A DNA stretch of 49,912 nt, from the NCBI GenBank assembly GCA_013265495.1, contig MU058451.1:3033305-3083216 (forward strand). Direction: 5' to 3'. The stretch's first letter is position 1; each line of letters opens with the position of its first letter. The notes under the pieces are model-generated. The model did not search any database, had not been told where the DNA came from, and saw only the letters and a list, made by a program, of their open reading frames with translations. The position numbers and the translations under genes are program-made. Shown here one piece after another: positions 34,819-47,760 of this stretch. Origin of the DNA: Vicugna vicugna. Its lineage: Eukaryota.

Positions 34819-37559
34819 GAGTAGCCGTTTAAATTTCTAGTCACAGACGCTAGTCTCTTCTTCCTTCTTTAAAATTGATGTAGATTCCCAAGGGCTTCCA
34901 AACATGACTTCCATGCTGTCCTTGTACTGAGGGAGGGTATCTCCATCCTCCCCAACAGCCCCTAAAGAGCATCTCCTGCCAGCATGTTGCTGTCATTTAT
35001 TTTCCTTCCGTGTCTCAGGTTGTTGCCAAAGCTTTATTCCATTTTGGCCTCTGGGTGTCAGACTTTGTCATTTTTCTTCTCCCCATCACTGTCGCTCCTG
35101 GAGAAACCTCTCAGACAGTAAGGGAGTGATTACAGGAGGCACAGTAACAAGATGAGTTATAAATGGGGTACATGGGAAGCTTAGCACAGATTATCTCAAT
35201 ATAGATATATTTTCCGCTGGAAAGTAGACCATTACTGCTCTGCTTTCTAAAATCTATTGAATAGACATACAGATTCATGTAATGGACCAAAGTTTTGCCA
35301 TTATAAGTGTTCAATATAAGTTCTTCATCAAAATGAATCATAAAAACCGGTGTTCTAAACAGGTTTTCTTTGGAAATTGAAGGGCTAGGACTCTTAAGAC
35401 ATTTGGGAGACTCATGACTGAAAGTAACAACATGATCAAAAGTGCCACACTTGGCTGTATGCATATATTGCCAAAAAATTCAGAAGAAAGGTGAAAAATT
35501 CACTCACTTATCTGGACATGTCCAAATATCCAGATATTTGTCATTGTGTGGATTGTCAGGTGGCTGATTGATGGGGTTGTCCATATTCCACATGTTTGGT
35601 ACCATATGGACAGGTTCTGGTTATGCTTTCAGGTAGGGAAATACGTGTTTCATGTGCTCTCTTGGGACCCCAAAGCTAATGGTGTCAAATGGATTTTTCC
35701 CATTTGATTCCTATGAACACTTTAGTTTCACTTATATTTTTTAGTCCCACAAAAATGCAGGTGCAGATATTTTATTGCTTTTAAATCTCATAAGGTATTA
35801 AAAGACCCTTTGAATAAGAAAAATAATTCTGTTCCAACAGAAAGCATTTCATCCCAGGGAATAAAAATTTCCTCTCTTTATTCCAGCAAACGAACAATAA
35901 AAATACATGAAATCATAACATTACTAAGTCTGAGAACAAACATCAACACTTGACAGTTTTCTTTCTTTTAAGGCAGAACTAGAAGATGAGATTAAAAAAA
36001 AAGACTTTTAGTTATATTGTCTCTGAACACACTTTATTACCTTAACATATCAGAATTTAGAAGAATGGCTGGCTAATTTTCACTATAAATAATGACTCTT
36101 TAAGTTCTGTCTGCCTAGAGTTAATTTTTTGTCAAGTATGTCCCAGCTGAATTATGCCATTCTTTTTAAATTGATTGTGTGTTCTGTATAGAGCTCAAAT
36201 AGAAAACTGGAAAAACAGATCAATTTAGGGACTGAAGACCTACCATGGAAGAGATACTCACATTAATTTAAAAGACTTGGGCTTGTAAGCCTTTTCTTCA
36301 ATGTGTCTAATGACTTAATTCAACAAATATTGACAGAGTTTTTTCCATTTGAAGAACACTTGCCTTAGTGCCATGAGACCATGGACTAGAAGAGGTTTAA
36401 AAACCTTCCATTTCAATTGACTCTAAATTAGGGAATATAGGGCTGAAGCAAGTAATGTGATTAAAAAGTATTTATTCATAATAACCCACACTTGAACTAA
36501 CCGAAATGTCCATTATTAAGAGAATGGATTAATAATTTGTGATATAATCTTACGGTTGCTATCACAATTACAGGAAAATTCTCCAGTAATTCTAATAGTA
36601 AGCAAAACCTGTCTCGGCTTCATTTGCTTATATAAATAGAATCTGGTGTGTATATGTATAAATCAATGCAAATGGCTAAATGTGGAAGTTTGATTCAGTC
36701 AGTAGAGACCAAATTATTGAAAGATCTAGGGTAAAGGGAAAAATCCATAAATATGCATGCATACTACTACAGCAAGAGAAACACCACAAAATAACTAAAG
36801 GCAACTTGTAGCAAATATTCAGTTCTAGGGCAGAGCTTAACTCTTCCAGGGAGGAAGAGGATAAATCTGGTACAAAGACACGGAGAGTCTGATCAACAAA
36901 ACAGGCTTGGCTGAGGCATTCTGGAAACCCATGTGTGGGATGACAAGTGAAAGCAGAGAAAACTGGCACCCATGAAGTGGTAGGTAGTATGAAATATAGT
37001 GACAATAGAGGAGGGTCCAATTTCAGAATAAGCTGCTGAGATCCAAGTTTGATTTGGTAAGTTGTACCAGTATAGTAGAAGGACCCAGGCTACAGTACAA
37101 TTCAAAGTCAGGGAATGGTCTTCCTATTATGGTGGTTTGCTTAGTTTGCTATAGGATCTGCAACGCTGGCTATTGTAAAAAGGACAGTGCAAAACCCTAA
37201 GGGAGAAGCAATTGGAAGAGGCTAAGAAGGCTGCCAACAGCCAAGCGAAGCAAGTTTGTTTTCAACGAAGTCAGGAGACCAAAAAGCACATGGTTGTCTT
37301 TGCTTCCATCTAAGCACCTGAATACTGGTTTTATGATAGTAGAACTAAATTTTGTGCGCACTGACAGATGGAGACCCTAATGTGCCGCCTGCCTTGGCAG
37401 GATACATTTGAGTTGAGTTTGGATGAGATTGTATATGCTAAGGGTACTGAGTGTCTGCAGTTAAGATCTTTGTAAAATGAGGAATGAATAATCAGGCCGT
37501 TTTTAGGGAAAGGGATATAGATGTCATGTTCAAATCCAAACATCAGCCTACTGTCATTT

Positions 37560-38085
37560 GTTGCTTGTTTTGTAGATATCTTAAGTTTAAAATGTCTAAA
37601 CCTAAGTTTCAATATTCTCCTCCAGTAGTTCCTTTCTATCTTCATTTCAGGTACAGGCACCTCGTTGTTCAAGCCAGACATTTCATAGCCATCTTTGATG
37701 CTTCTATCTCCTTTAATCCTTGCGTTCAATCCATCACCAATTCTTGTTAATTTTATCTACAAAATGCTCCTGGTCTCCAAGCACTTCTCTCTCTGCCTGC
37801 CAGGTTCCTCATGTCTCCTCCTTTCCCAACCCATTCCCCATGGAGCAGCTTGATCATGTAAAATTGTAAAGCAAATCTAATTACTCATCTGTTTCAAATA
37901 ACTTCAAAGATTTTTCATTGCTCTTACTATAAAGTTAAGTTTCTCAGTATAGCCTATGATGTTTTGCAGGACCTGAGCCTTTTCTGCCTCCCTGGGGTGT
38001 TTCTTGATCATGTTCCCCGATGCTTACCATGCTTCAGGCTTACTGATATTTTTCAGTTTTCTAATCACACCAATTTTTTTCTGTT
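37560..38085 (+). mobile_element. L2 LINE fragment
   Basis: atcttaagtttaaaatgtctaaacc...caagccagac...ccatctttgatgcttc...caatccatcaccaattcttgttaattttatctacaaaat, typical of L2 ORF2 3' part. Confidence 0.75.
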
Positions 38086-38689
38086 AACTTAAGGCTATCG
38101 TATCCTCTGTGTAATTTTTGCATCATACTTCTAGGCCAAAGGAAAGACCTGAAAATTTCATTTATTAAGTAGTTATGGCCAAAGACCTTGATAAGTATTT
38201 ATGTCCTAACAACTTAGTTTTTTTTTTAAAAGCACATTGATAGAAAAAAGAAGATAGCAAAATAATAAAATTCTTAATCACAATTATTATAAGTAGGATG
38301 TGTGCACTATCTGCACACACAAATTCTCAAACTTTTGAATCAGATTAGAGACCGCTACAACTTGTTTTCTGTTCCATGTTGGTTTTACAGCGATACTTGC
38401 TTTTTATTATAGCAAGTGTTGAAACTTTTGAAAATCTGCTTTACAAAGATATCACATCATGAAGAGAAATGTAGCATGGTTTAATATTAAAATTATCAAC
38501 TAAGAATTAGTAGTTCACCTTGTGTCCCTCACACTGGAGGTTAGTGACCATGACTTAAAATAAGAACACTTAGCACGGTTGTATCGTTTTCTGAGCCAGG
38601 TTCAGTTTCCCAGACGCAAGCTTGGAATAGGTAGACAGCTAGAGTTAACAAGGGTTTTTTGCGTTTTTTGTTTTTTAAGTATGATGATG

Positions 38690-39050
38690 AGAAAGAGGTC
38701 AAGGAAATTGAGGGTTTATATAAAGCAGCAATTATAATGACTGATTCTAGATTTTAAGCTGGTTAATGAGGACAGTGAAGATATTAGGGAGGTAAAGATC
38801 AATGAAGAGATAGTAGAATCAATAGTTTGTAGGACCTGGTGAGTTCAAAGGATTGTTGGGATAAGGGTAGTAGAGATACTGCTGGTCAGATAGTAGGTTC
38901 TCAAAATTGAGATTTTGGAGAGGCTACAACTATTGGAAGTTACACGTAGAGATATATCCATTGAGTGAGTGGCTAAGTTAGGGTGTTAATAAGATATCTG
39001 GAGGAAGGGAGGTCACAAGACTGTAAACTAAGGCTTGGAATGATCACTAA
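38690..39050 (-). mobile_element. L2 LINE fragment, antisense
   Basis: Purine-rich gaggtcaaggaa...gtggctaagttagggtg...ggaggaagggaggtcacaagactg pattern. Confidence 0.5.
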
Positions 39051-39074
39051 TCAGTATTGCTTTTATGATCTCTG

Positions 39075-41440
39075 GCATTTAAGTCATTCTTAGAAAGGCC
39101 TTTTGCACTCCACTGTTATAAAACAATCCTATGTTTTCTTCTGTTACTTTTAGGATTTCATAGTCTACATTTAAGTTTTCCATCTCTTAGGATTTTTTTC
39201 TTGGAAACTGATTTGAGATCATTTATTGAACAGCCTTTTTACCATTGAGATAACACCTTTATCATATATGAAAATTACATAACTTTTTTGACCACTTTTT
39301 GAACCTACTATTCTATTTTTTTGGTCAATTTATATACTACTATCACACTATTTAAATTATTGAGGTATTAGGTTTAATATATTTTGAGGCTAATCCACCC
39401 ACTCATTGCTCTTCTCTTTCAATGATTTCTTGTCTATTCTTACATGTATTTTCCCATTTACTTTGGAATCTGATTGTCTATTAGAAAATATTAATATTTT
39501 ACTTGCAGTTGTGTTATGCTTATAAATTAAGAATAATCGACAACTTTATGATTTTGAGTGTTCTGATTCGAGATGCCTATTTGTGCCCCTTGGAGGTGCA
39601 TTAGTTTTATTCTATAGGCCTAATAAATTGTTAAATTTATTTATTTATTTATTTTTAAACTTTTTTTAAATTGAGTTACAGTCATTTTACAATGTTGTGT
39701 CTGTTTAAATCTATATTAAGTACTTATATATATTTTGTTGCTAATGTGAATGTGGTCTTTTCCCCCCATTATATATTTCAATTGGTTGGCTTTTGCATAT
39801 GTGAAAACCACTGATTCCCGTATACTAAGTTTTTACTTACTGTGACTTTAATCAGTTTCTTTATTGTTTGTAATAATTTTTAAAACTTAATTTCTGTGTG
39901 TTTTAAGGTATATACTAATATCATTTGAGAAAAGTAAGTTAATCTTCTCTTTTTCAAATTCTGTATCTCTAAATTTTGTTCTTATATCTAATTGCATTGG
40001 CTGCTAATTCAAGTATAATGTTAAAAAATAGACATACTAATTGTTTTTCTCTTGCTCATGTCTTTAGTGGGAATGATTCAGTTAAGCATAATGCTAGGTT
40101 TAGGCAAAGAATATATTCTCATCTATACTTATGCTATTAATTATTAAAAATCAGTTTTGAATAGTTTTGAATTTTGTCTTTTTAGCATCTAAGGAGGTGA
40201 TATTTTTTCTCCCCAGATATATTATGTATAATGATGAATTATATTAAGAGGTGAATTATATTAACAGATTCTGTAATTCAGGATCATTCTTGCATTATTG
40301 GAATTAGCCTCTTGGTTTATCATTCTTTTGAATGTACTGTGTTGGTAATGTATTACATAGGTAATTTTACTATAGTCACAAGGAAGATTGGTCTTTTTAA
40401 GTGTTTTCCAGGTTTTGATACCAATGTTATATTTACTTCATTGAAAAAAACCTGAAACTTTCTTCCTTTTTAATGCTCTGGAACAGTTGTATGTCATTAG
40501 AATTATTTGGTCTTAATGAGTTGTTAGAATTCCCCTGGGAAACCATTTGAGCCTGACACTCTATTTGGGAGGTTTGGAAGATAGCTCTTAAATTTATTTG
40601 TTCTATAGACATTACTCTACTTAGGTTTTTCCTTAAGTTGTGAAGAAATTATGCTTTCCTAGAAAATTACTCATTTCATCCAAGTTCCCAAATTTATTTG
40701 CCTAGTGTTGAATAAAGCAGCTTCTTATGAGTTGTTTAATTTCTTCTGTTTTCAATGGTTTTATGGTTTAGCTCTTTGCAATAATTTCATTTAAAAATAT
40801 TTTCAGTTCATCCCTTTTTTCCTGATTATCTTTGTTAGTGGTTTATTTATTTTATTGATATTTAAAAGATAAATTATTTTAAGTCATTTTTCTGTTTTCT
40901 CAGAGTAAATCCCTTTATTTTATTAATTTCTTCCTTTTGCTTTCTGTTGTTTATTTTGATATTCTTTTTCTGAACTTTTGAGTCAGATCTTTAATTTATT
41001 TTTCACTGGCACAAATTTTTGATGCCAAAAATTTCTTCTAAACAATGTTTTAGATGAATTTATAGACTTGATTTGTAGTGCTTTCATTATTATTGCTTTC
41101 TAGAAATTATGACTATGTTTTAAAATTTCCAAGCAGAAAAACCTTCCATTACTTTATTTTGTATTGAGTTTCTACTTTTATTGCATTTGAAACAAGGTGT
41201 ATTCTCTATTTTTAAGATGGAGAGTTCACTATGTGTTAATCAAGTCTACCTGATAATTATGTTATTTAGATATTTTATATCCTTATTTTTTTCCCCACTT
41301 GGCTTTCATGGACTGAGAAGGGGAAATTAAAATCTCCTATTTATAATGGTTTCTATTTATCTTTGTAATCTTTATGATTTCTCCTTAACGAATGTTACCT
41401 CTATGTTAATTGATATTATTATCTGCAAATTTTAAAGCAT
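39075..41440 (-). mobile_element. Decayed L1ME-type ORF2, antisense
   Basis: gtcattcttagaaaggcc...tattttgttgctaatgtgaatg...tctttagtgggaatg...gaattcccctgggaaaccatttgagcctg. Confidence 0.75.
39641..39701 (-). mobile_element. Minimal (~60 bp) young L1 tail insertion, antisense
   Basis: Reverse complement reads gacacaacattgtaaaatgactgtaactcaat + A-rich tail, the same 32 nt as 29621-29652; flanked by tgttaaatttat / tgtttaaatctat. Confidence 0.8.
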
Positions 41441-41453
41441 TAAATGGAATCTC

Positions 41454-41940
41454 TATCTGTACTCTCTTGCCTCATAGCAAACTACCTCAAAAGTTAGTGC
41501 CTCAAAACAACCACTATTGAATTTTCTATGCTGTGGGTCTGCTGGCTGATTCTTCCTGTCTGGGCCAGTTGAGGTAATCCTGCTGGGTTCTCCCCTAATT
41601 GTGCAGCCAGCTGGTAGACTGAGTGGCAGCTGAAGCATCTAGGGTGACTGGCTCCCAGCCAGGGTGTCGGGGTGACTGGGCTGGGTATCCTTCATTGTGC
41701 AGCAGGCTGGCCTGGGGCTCTTCACATGGTAGGCACAGGACTTTAAGAGCAATAAGAGCTGCAAAACTCCCTGAAGCCTAGGCTTGGAACTCACACAGTA
41801 TCACTTCCACTGCTCTCTGCTGGTCAGAGCAATTCACTGGGATATCCCAGATTCACACAACTATCCAACAGTGGAGAAACAGACTCCGTCCCTTGATGGG
41901 AGGAAGTGCGAAGTACTGTGGCCATTTTTGCAATAAACAC
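41454..41940 (-). mobile_element. MaLR solo LTR (MLT1F/G-like), antisense
   Basis: gcaaactacctcaaaagttagtgcctcaaaacaacc...gcctaggcttggaactcacacagtatcacttccactg...agactccgtcccttgatgggaggaagtgc...ggccatttttgcaataaacaca. Confidence 0.85.
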
Positions 41941-41959
41941 ATTAAGTGCTGTTACTCAA

Positions 41960-42175
41960 GAAGTTGGATTGGAGAATAGAGATTTTTTTCCCCCAGGAAG
42001 ACTAGTCAGATGTTCAGGAAACGGATGCTAAAGGCCTGAATAGCAGCAGCACTGGCCAGAGAAGTATTATCTGTTAAATGTGGGAAGTGAGGGAGAGTAA
42101 GGAACTGAAGACTCCAATCTGTGATTTCTTGTTTGGATAATGTGTGAATGATAAAGCCATTGCTGGCCATGAAAA
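41960..42175 (-). mobile_element. L2 fragment, antisense
   Basis: ggaagactagtcag...gatgctaaaggcctgaatagcagcag...gtgggaagtgagggagagtaaggaactgaagactcc. Confidence 0.55.
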
Positions 42176-42574
42176 GGAGTATGTTGTCCTGCAGAAGCTA
42201 ATAGCTCCCCAACTCTCTTCTTCTGTTGTTAAGGAACAGAGTATATCTGTGGATTGGTCAAATTTGAAATTACTTAATTGACTCACATTTCAAGAGCTGG
42301 GCTCTTTAGTGAGAATTACAAAAACAGTCCTGTACTAGAGGATTACATTGTCTATTGCTTACTGTGGTCATTCCTCACATTGGAAAAGTAGATTTGGGCT
42401 TTGTGGTGGAAATTTGCAAAACAGAATTTTTCCCCTACATTTGTTTTAAGTCTTTCAGGAAATAGAATTATCCTGGACCCAGCAGATCTCTCTGGGACTC
42501 TGAGACTGAGTACCTTGATTGCAAATAAGGCATATTTTTGTCGTAACTTGGTTCTGGGAAGAGACTAGCAGTTG

Positions 42575-42800
42575 ATATTCATTGAGCACATAAATGTGTC
42601 TGGCACCATTCTAAGTGCTCTTTGCATCTGAAGTAATTTAATCCTCATAATAGTCCATTTAGGAAGCTGATGGATTATCATTACAATTTTCATTTAACAT
42701 TTGAGGAAATTGAAACACTAAGAGTTTAGCAAGCTGGTGAGCCCTGGAGTCAGAATGCCTGCGTTTGAGTTTTAGTTCTGTCGCTGCCTAAATTACCTTT
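42575..42800 (-). mobile_element. MIR fragment(s)
   Basis: attcattgagcac...tgtgtctggcaccattctaagtgct...atttaatcctcataa...tgaggaaattgaaacac; followed by a short opposite-orientation MIR head (ctggagtcagaatgcctg). Confidence 0.65.
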
Positions 42801-44399
42801 CCCTTGGGGGCATCCAGTGGCAATAAAGCAGAAGTAGTTCCTGTTCTCAGGCCGGTACTGTCAGTCAAGGGTGGAACTAAACCAAGTGAGCTCTACCTCC
42901 CCTCTAGAGTGGCACCAGGAGTAGCTCCAGTGTTGGACCTATAAAATGTTATCACTAGTATAGAGAATCTGAATATATCATTTCCGATATTCTAATCCCA
43001 AAATCTACTCTTCGACTATGTCAACCTTCCCTGGTGACGTTCATACCTTATTATAGTTATTTCTTGTCTTTTAGCTAAATTTAAAAATGATTATTCACCT
43101 GCATCAGTTTAATACATTTCTGTCTTCTTATCTCTAGTTTTTTTCGTGCGCGTTGCTGCTCTCCAAACAAACATTCATTCTGGGCAATAACACCTCCCTT
43201 TCTGATGAGTTGCTCACCCCTGTGGCTTTGTTTTGGTCTGACTAGATTTAGGCCATGGTTCAGATTTGATCATTATTCTGGAGGCAGAAACCAGAAACTG
43301 GCTCTTTAGGGTACTATTAAATAAAATAAGCTTTTCTTCTCCTGAATAATTTTCCTCTCAATAATATAAAACATGAATGCACAATAAGGAGAAGAGGAGA
43401 AAGAAAGCATGAAACTGCTGGGAAAACACCCAGACTTTTGTTTGTTATGTTTGGGGAGGGAAACCGATTATATAACTCGCCATCATTTGTTTCAAACAGA
43501 CTATAAAAAGGAACAAAACAATAGGGATTTAAACACAGTGGTTGTTCTTTACCAGGAAAGCTTAGACAAGGAACGTGGTGGAATGGAGGTCATATTTTGT
43601 GTGTTTGGAAGTGAAAGCGGAATTAAGAAGCAGGAAAGGGATGGAAGTGAAAGGACTTTTCATTAGATTTTTCAGTTTCTCAAACTAAACTGAGTTTTAT
43701 TGGGGATGCCCTTTCTTCCAGGATCAGGTTACCTAATATTGATACTACTTGTCTCCTTGCATTTTTATGTTGATCTCGGCAGCCAGCATCAAACTTGTGG
43801 AGTCAGGATCCCTTTACCTGGAATCCAGGTAAAAGCGCCTGGGCCCTCCCCGATAAGGAATGCTTCCTTGATATTTGGCCTCTATGAAATGCTAGCAAAT
43901 TATCCATCGGCAGCAATCCAGTGGGCTTTCCAGAGGCAATTCCCCCTCATTCCCTCTTCTGTTCCTGCAGAGTCACTGGGGGTTTGTTTCATTTACTCAG
44001 TTTTCACCATATTCTAGATTCTGTGTCTGCGGATGGGTGGGTAGGGCATCAGCTGCTTGAGTGAGAAAATGTATGTGGCATGGTTGAAAAATGGAAAAAG
44101 GTAATTTTGATGAATGAATATTCCTTCAATACGTCCACATCCAAAAATACTGCCTGGACTAATTTTTCTCTCTTCTTTGAGGAGGTGCTCATTTGCAAGT
44201 ATTGTCTCAAGATTTCTTTTTCTACAACATGCATGTGATGGCCTTCCTGCCATCATCCTAAATGAGAAAGAGGACCTCATAGGGTGGAGTGAAAGCTTCG
44301 GGCCTGCTTTTATCACCATTAGTTGTCCTTCCACACTCTGTGACCGTAGTACCCCATTTCTTTTGTGCTCTTTCCACTGGCTTCACAAATGCTCCCAAA

Positions 44400-44658
44400 G
44401 GCAGGAGAGCGTGGTACTTATGAGCATGGACTTTGGAGTCAGCATGCCGGGGCTTGATTCTGGCTGTGCCATTTGCTGGCTGTGTGACCTGAACAAGCTC
44501 CTTACCTGCCCTCAGCCTCAGCATCTGAACCTCAAAGTGAAAGTAAAAATAGTCCTATTTCATGAGATCATTACTGATAGCAATAAATAAATGAGACCAT
44601 GGAACTGGCATCCCCCTGGACAGACAGTTAAAGTTCTGTTAATGTGACTATTTATTAT
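44400..44658 (+). mobile_element. Near full-length MIR SINE
   Basis: gcgtggtacttatgagcatggactttggagtcagc...gctggctgtgtgacctgaacaag...cagcctcag...ctggacagacagttaaagttctgttaatgtgactatttattat. Confidence 0.8.
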
Positions 44659-46229
44659 GGGGCACCAACTAGGTCTATAAGACATGGATCCAGGGCTCTG
44701 GAGAATACAAAGAATTATAATGTTCCATCAAATACTCAAAGTTTATATTATTACAGGGGAGAGAAGAATAAACACACAATAGCAGCAAAAAGTATATGAT
44801 GGGAGTGGACATTTGAATGACAGATTTTCAGGAGAATGCTTTACGTAGAATCTAGACTTAGTACTGAGTATTGAAGCATGAGTACCCTTTAGGAAAAAAA
44901 AGCCATTCCCTTTTCCTCCTTGCTAAAGTGCACTCTCCAGAAAGAGTATTATATAAACATCTATATTGCTATGCATTTCTTGGAAATCATCTTTATAGAC
45001 TCATACACATTTAAAATACTGTCTTTAGTTATGTTGTAAGAAACTTCATACTGTTGCAGGCATTACTGAGCAGTGAATGGGGAGACTGTTCTTGGGCAGA
45101 AGGATTCTAGGATTCCTAAAATGATGTTATATATTGGTAACGTATAATGTACATATATACAATGAATAAAATATATTATATGTAAATATATAATATGTCC
45201 AGTGACAAGGGACATGATTAACTCCAGTCATATTGGAAAAACAGTTTCCACTTAGGAGAAATTGGTAAGCTAATTCTTTCCTTTTGCTGAACCAGCGCCG
45301 AGCTCTTCTTGAAATGTAGTGGTTGCTCTTTCTGCTGAGGGGTGTTTGTCTTGAGGCCACGGTCGGGAAAAGTAGGAGTCATAGATTTCAATAGGATCAA
45401 GTGACTTAAGGACTAATATTATGAGGAGTACATGACTTCCCTCACAAATGCTCAGGCATGTCTATGTTGTCCCTTTTTCTTAGAAGGGAAGAGAAAATTG
45501 AGGTCAATACACAACTGTGCGAAATGATACTTGGAATATACACCAATGTTCATTTTAAAATTACTAATTAAAATTATAATTTGATATGGAAAACTTCTAT
45601 AGAAGTAGCTTTACAAACACTGGAAGATTCTAAAACGTGAAGTCAGGTGACCCAAAATTATACCAAAACTGAATATTTCAACTAAATTCAGGTTGAATTT
45701 TGGATACTGTTTCTCACTGGGAGACCTTGGCAAGTTGTACTGGCATCGGTCAGCATAGACACCTATGTTAGTTGCTCTTTGTGGGACTGAGCGTGCATTT
45801 ATGTATTCATTCATGGCCACGCAGTAAAATAGGCACTATGCATACAGAAGGAGTCTATTGTGTGTACTTTCTTTCTTTTAAGGACATTAGAAAAGAATAC
45901 CCACTTAACACCACAAAGCACATTAATGATTCTGCGATAGTCTTAACGATGCGTAGGTATGAAAGAGGGAGATTTCTGCTTAGCTTAGATAAGCAAAGCT
46001 AGCCATGACGTGAGCCTGAACCATGAAATGAGAATATACTTCTCCCGTCCGAGAAGAACGGTATCTGTCAGTGGATAGCGGTTAGGAGATACCTGATACT
46101 AGATCCACATTCCTGCTCCTAGTTTTTTTGGACCAGGGATAGGCATCTCTAGCCCTGCCCCCAAATACTAGGGACTGGCAAAAATGAGCTTGCTAAGCAG
46201 ACACACGTGGAGGAGCAGTAGAGATGTCT

Positions 46230-46690
46230 AGTTCCTCTGAATTCTGCTCGTTATTCTGTGAGGCAAATGTTATCATTCTGAATATATCCATTGACTTTCC
46301 TGGTATGTCCAGAAGCCTAGCCATCTTGATCCTCTTTCAACACCCATGCAGTAAGTCTAAAAATCTATGAAATCTCTATCATCTCCCATTGCCACTGACC
46401 AAGTTCAAGCCCTCATCAGTTATTAGACTATTGTCTCCTTGAATTTATCTTCAGACATTTCAGGTTTGTGCTTTACCACTTGAAAAACACACATTCAGGT
46501 ACAAGCTGTCCAAATCACCACACTACTTCAAAGCCATTGGTGATACTCCACCACATGCTGAACAAAGTTAAACTCTTTAATATGCAATGCTCTTTATAAT
46601 TCCTTCCTTTTAGAAGGAATTCCATCTCCCTCTTACTTTCTGTGTTTCAGCTCTATAAAACTGACAGCAATCCTTGTGCAAACAAACAAA
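46230..46690 (+). mobile_element. L2 fragment
   Basis: ccagaagcctagccatcttgatcctctttc...ctcccattgccactgaccaagttcaagccctcatc...caaagttaaactctttaatatg. Confidence 0.65.
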
Positions 46691-46821
46691 AAAACTGACT
46701 CCAAAGATCTACAGATAAAGTTCTATTTTTCCTTTGGAGAACAGTACAGCAACTCAAATCGAGAGGTAATTATTGACTACTTGAGTTCTATGCTAGGGAC
46801 TGCGACAAAGACACATGATAC

Positions 46822-46938
46822 AGGGTGACCATTACTCCTGGTTTGCCAGGAACACACTCTGTTTATGTCTGAAATCCCAGAAGAATTATTAATACCCTCT
46901 TTTCACTCTCAGTTTGAACGGTAATTTAGGTGGACCTC
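46822..46938. mobile_element. MER94-type hAT-Blackjack MITE
   Basis: agggtgaccatt...cctggtttgccagga...aattattaataccctcttttcactctca...; nested in an antisense L2 3' fragment (~46770-47200). Confidence 0.7.
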
Positions 46939-47399
46939 CACCATAAAAGGCACAAATCTTGCTGTTACAGAGGTGCCATTTGGACATGCACACCAGAAAT
47001 TACTGGAGGGTAATACAAGATTTTATGCAATCAAGCATTTAATTTTCTGATGAAGCCTAAAGTATTATGCTTAGGAGGGACAGTGAGGGAGTTGACATAA
47101 TTAGGAAAGGCTTTAAATGGGAAGAATCTGAAGGCTGTATAGATCAGGAGGGAGGACTGACACTCCAAGTGAAGGAGAAAGTCATAGGAGTGGGAGTATG
47201 TGCCCCACTAAGGAGACCAACTTGAACTGAGTGGGGAAAATGGTTTGTTGGATAAGGTCTGCCATCTGATGGGGAAGCGTAGCCTCTGCCTGGACTGTAG
47301 ACATTGTCGTGGCATCCCGTACACAGGAATGAGAAAACGTGGCAACAGGCCTGGTTCTGGAAAACTGGCCTGAGAGTGGTGAGTGGGAGACAGGCACTT

Positions 47400-47760
47400 G
47401 TCCTGGGCGGGGAGAGAAAGTTGAAGTTGAAGCACTGAGCTCAGGGGCAGAAATTCTCCCGATACAGTGCCTCCCTTGGGTGAATTCACTGAAGGGGAAA
47501 TCCAGGTAAGTAAGCCGTGCTCAGGGCAGGCTTCCGTCACCCCACAGCACACAGTTACATGGTACAGACTGGTCGTGCTCTTGTCACAGGACTAACTGGA
47601 CAGGAAGTAATTTCCTGAAGAAAGTAATTTCTTACTTTTGTGTAAGATTTTGTGAAATCTTGTCTCTTCTCTGGGTCAAGAAACCTATTGAGTTATTAAT
47701 ACATTTTTTGGGTGAGGAAGAATAGAAATAGAAATGCAGCAATGAGTCCACGTGGTTTAC
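47400..47760 (+). promoter_or_regulatory. Candidate promoter/enhancer motif cluster with perfect 5' splice donor
   Basis: GC-box 47405-47412, IRF-like GAAAGTTGAAGTTGAAG 47416-47432, kB-like GGGGAAATCC 47494-47503, CAG|GTAAGT 47503-47511, ETS CAGGAAGT 47601-47608, E-box CACGTG 47749-47754. Motif-level evidence only. Confidence 0.3.

Noticed and set aside
35690..35860. Possible hAT-Charlie (MER113-like) fragment
   Set aside because: Resemblance is too vague to support by eye.
44114..44590. 158-aa ORF
   Set aside because: The C-terminal part is translated MIR sequence and the rest has no recognisable domain.
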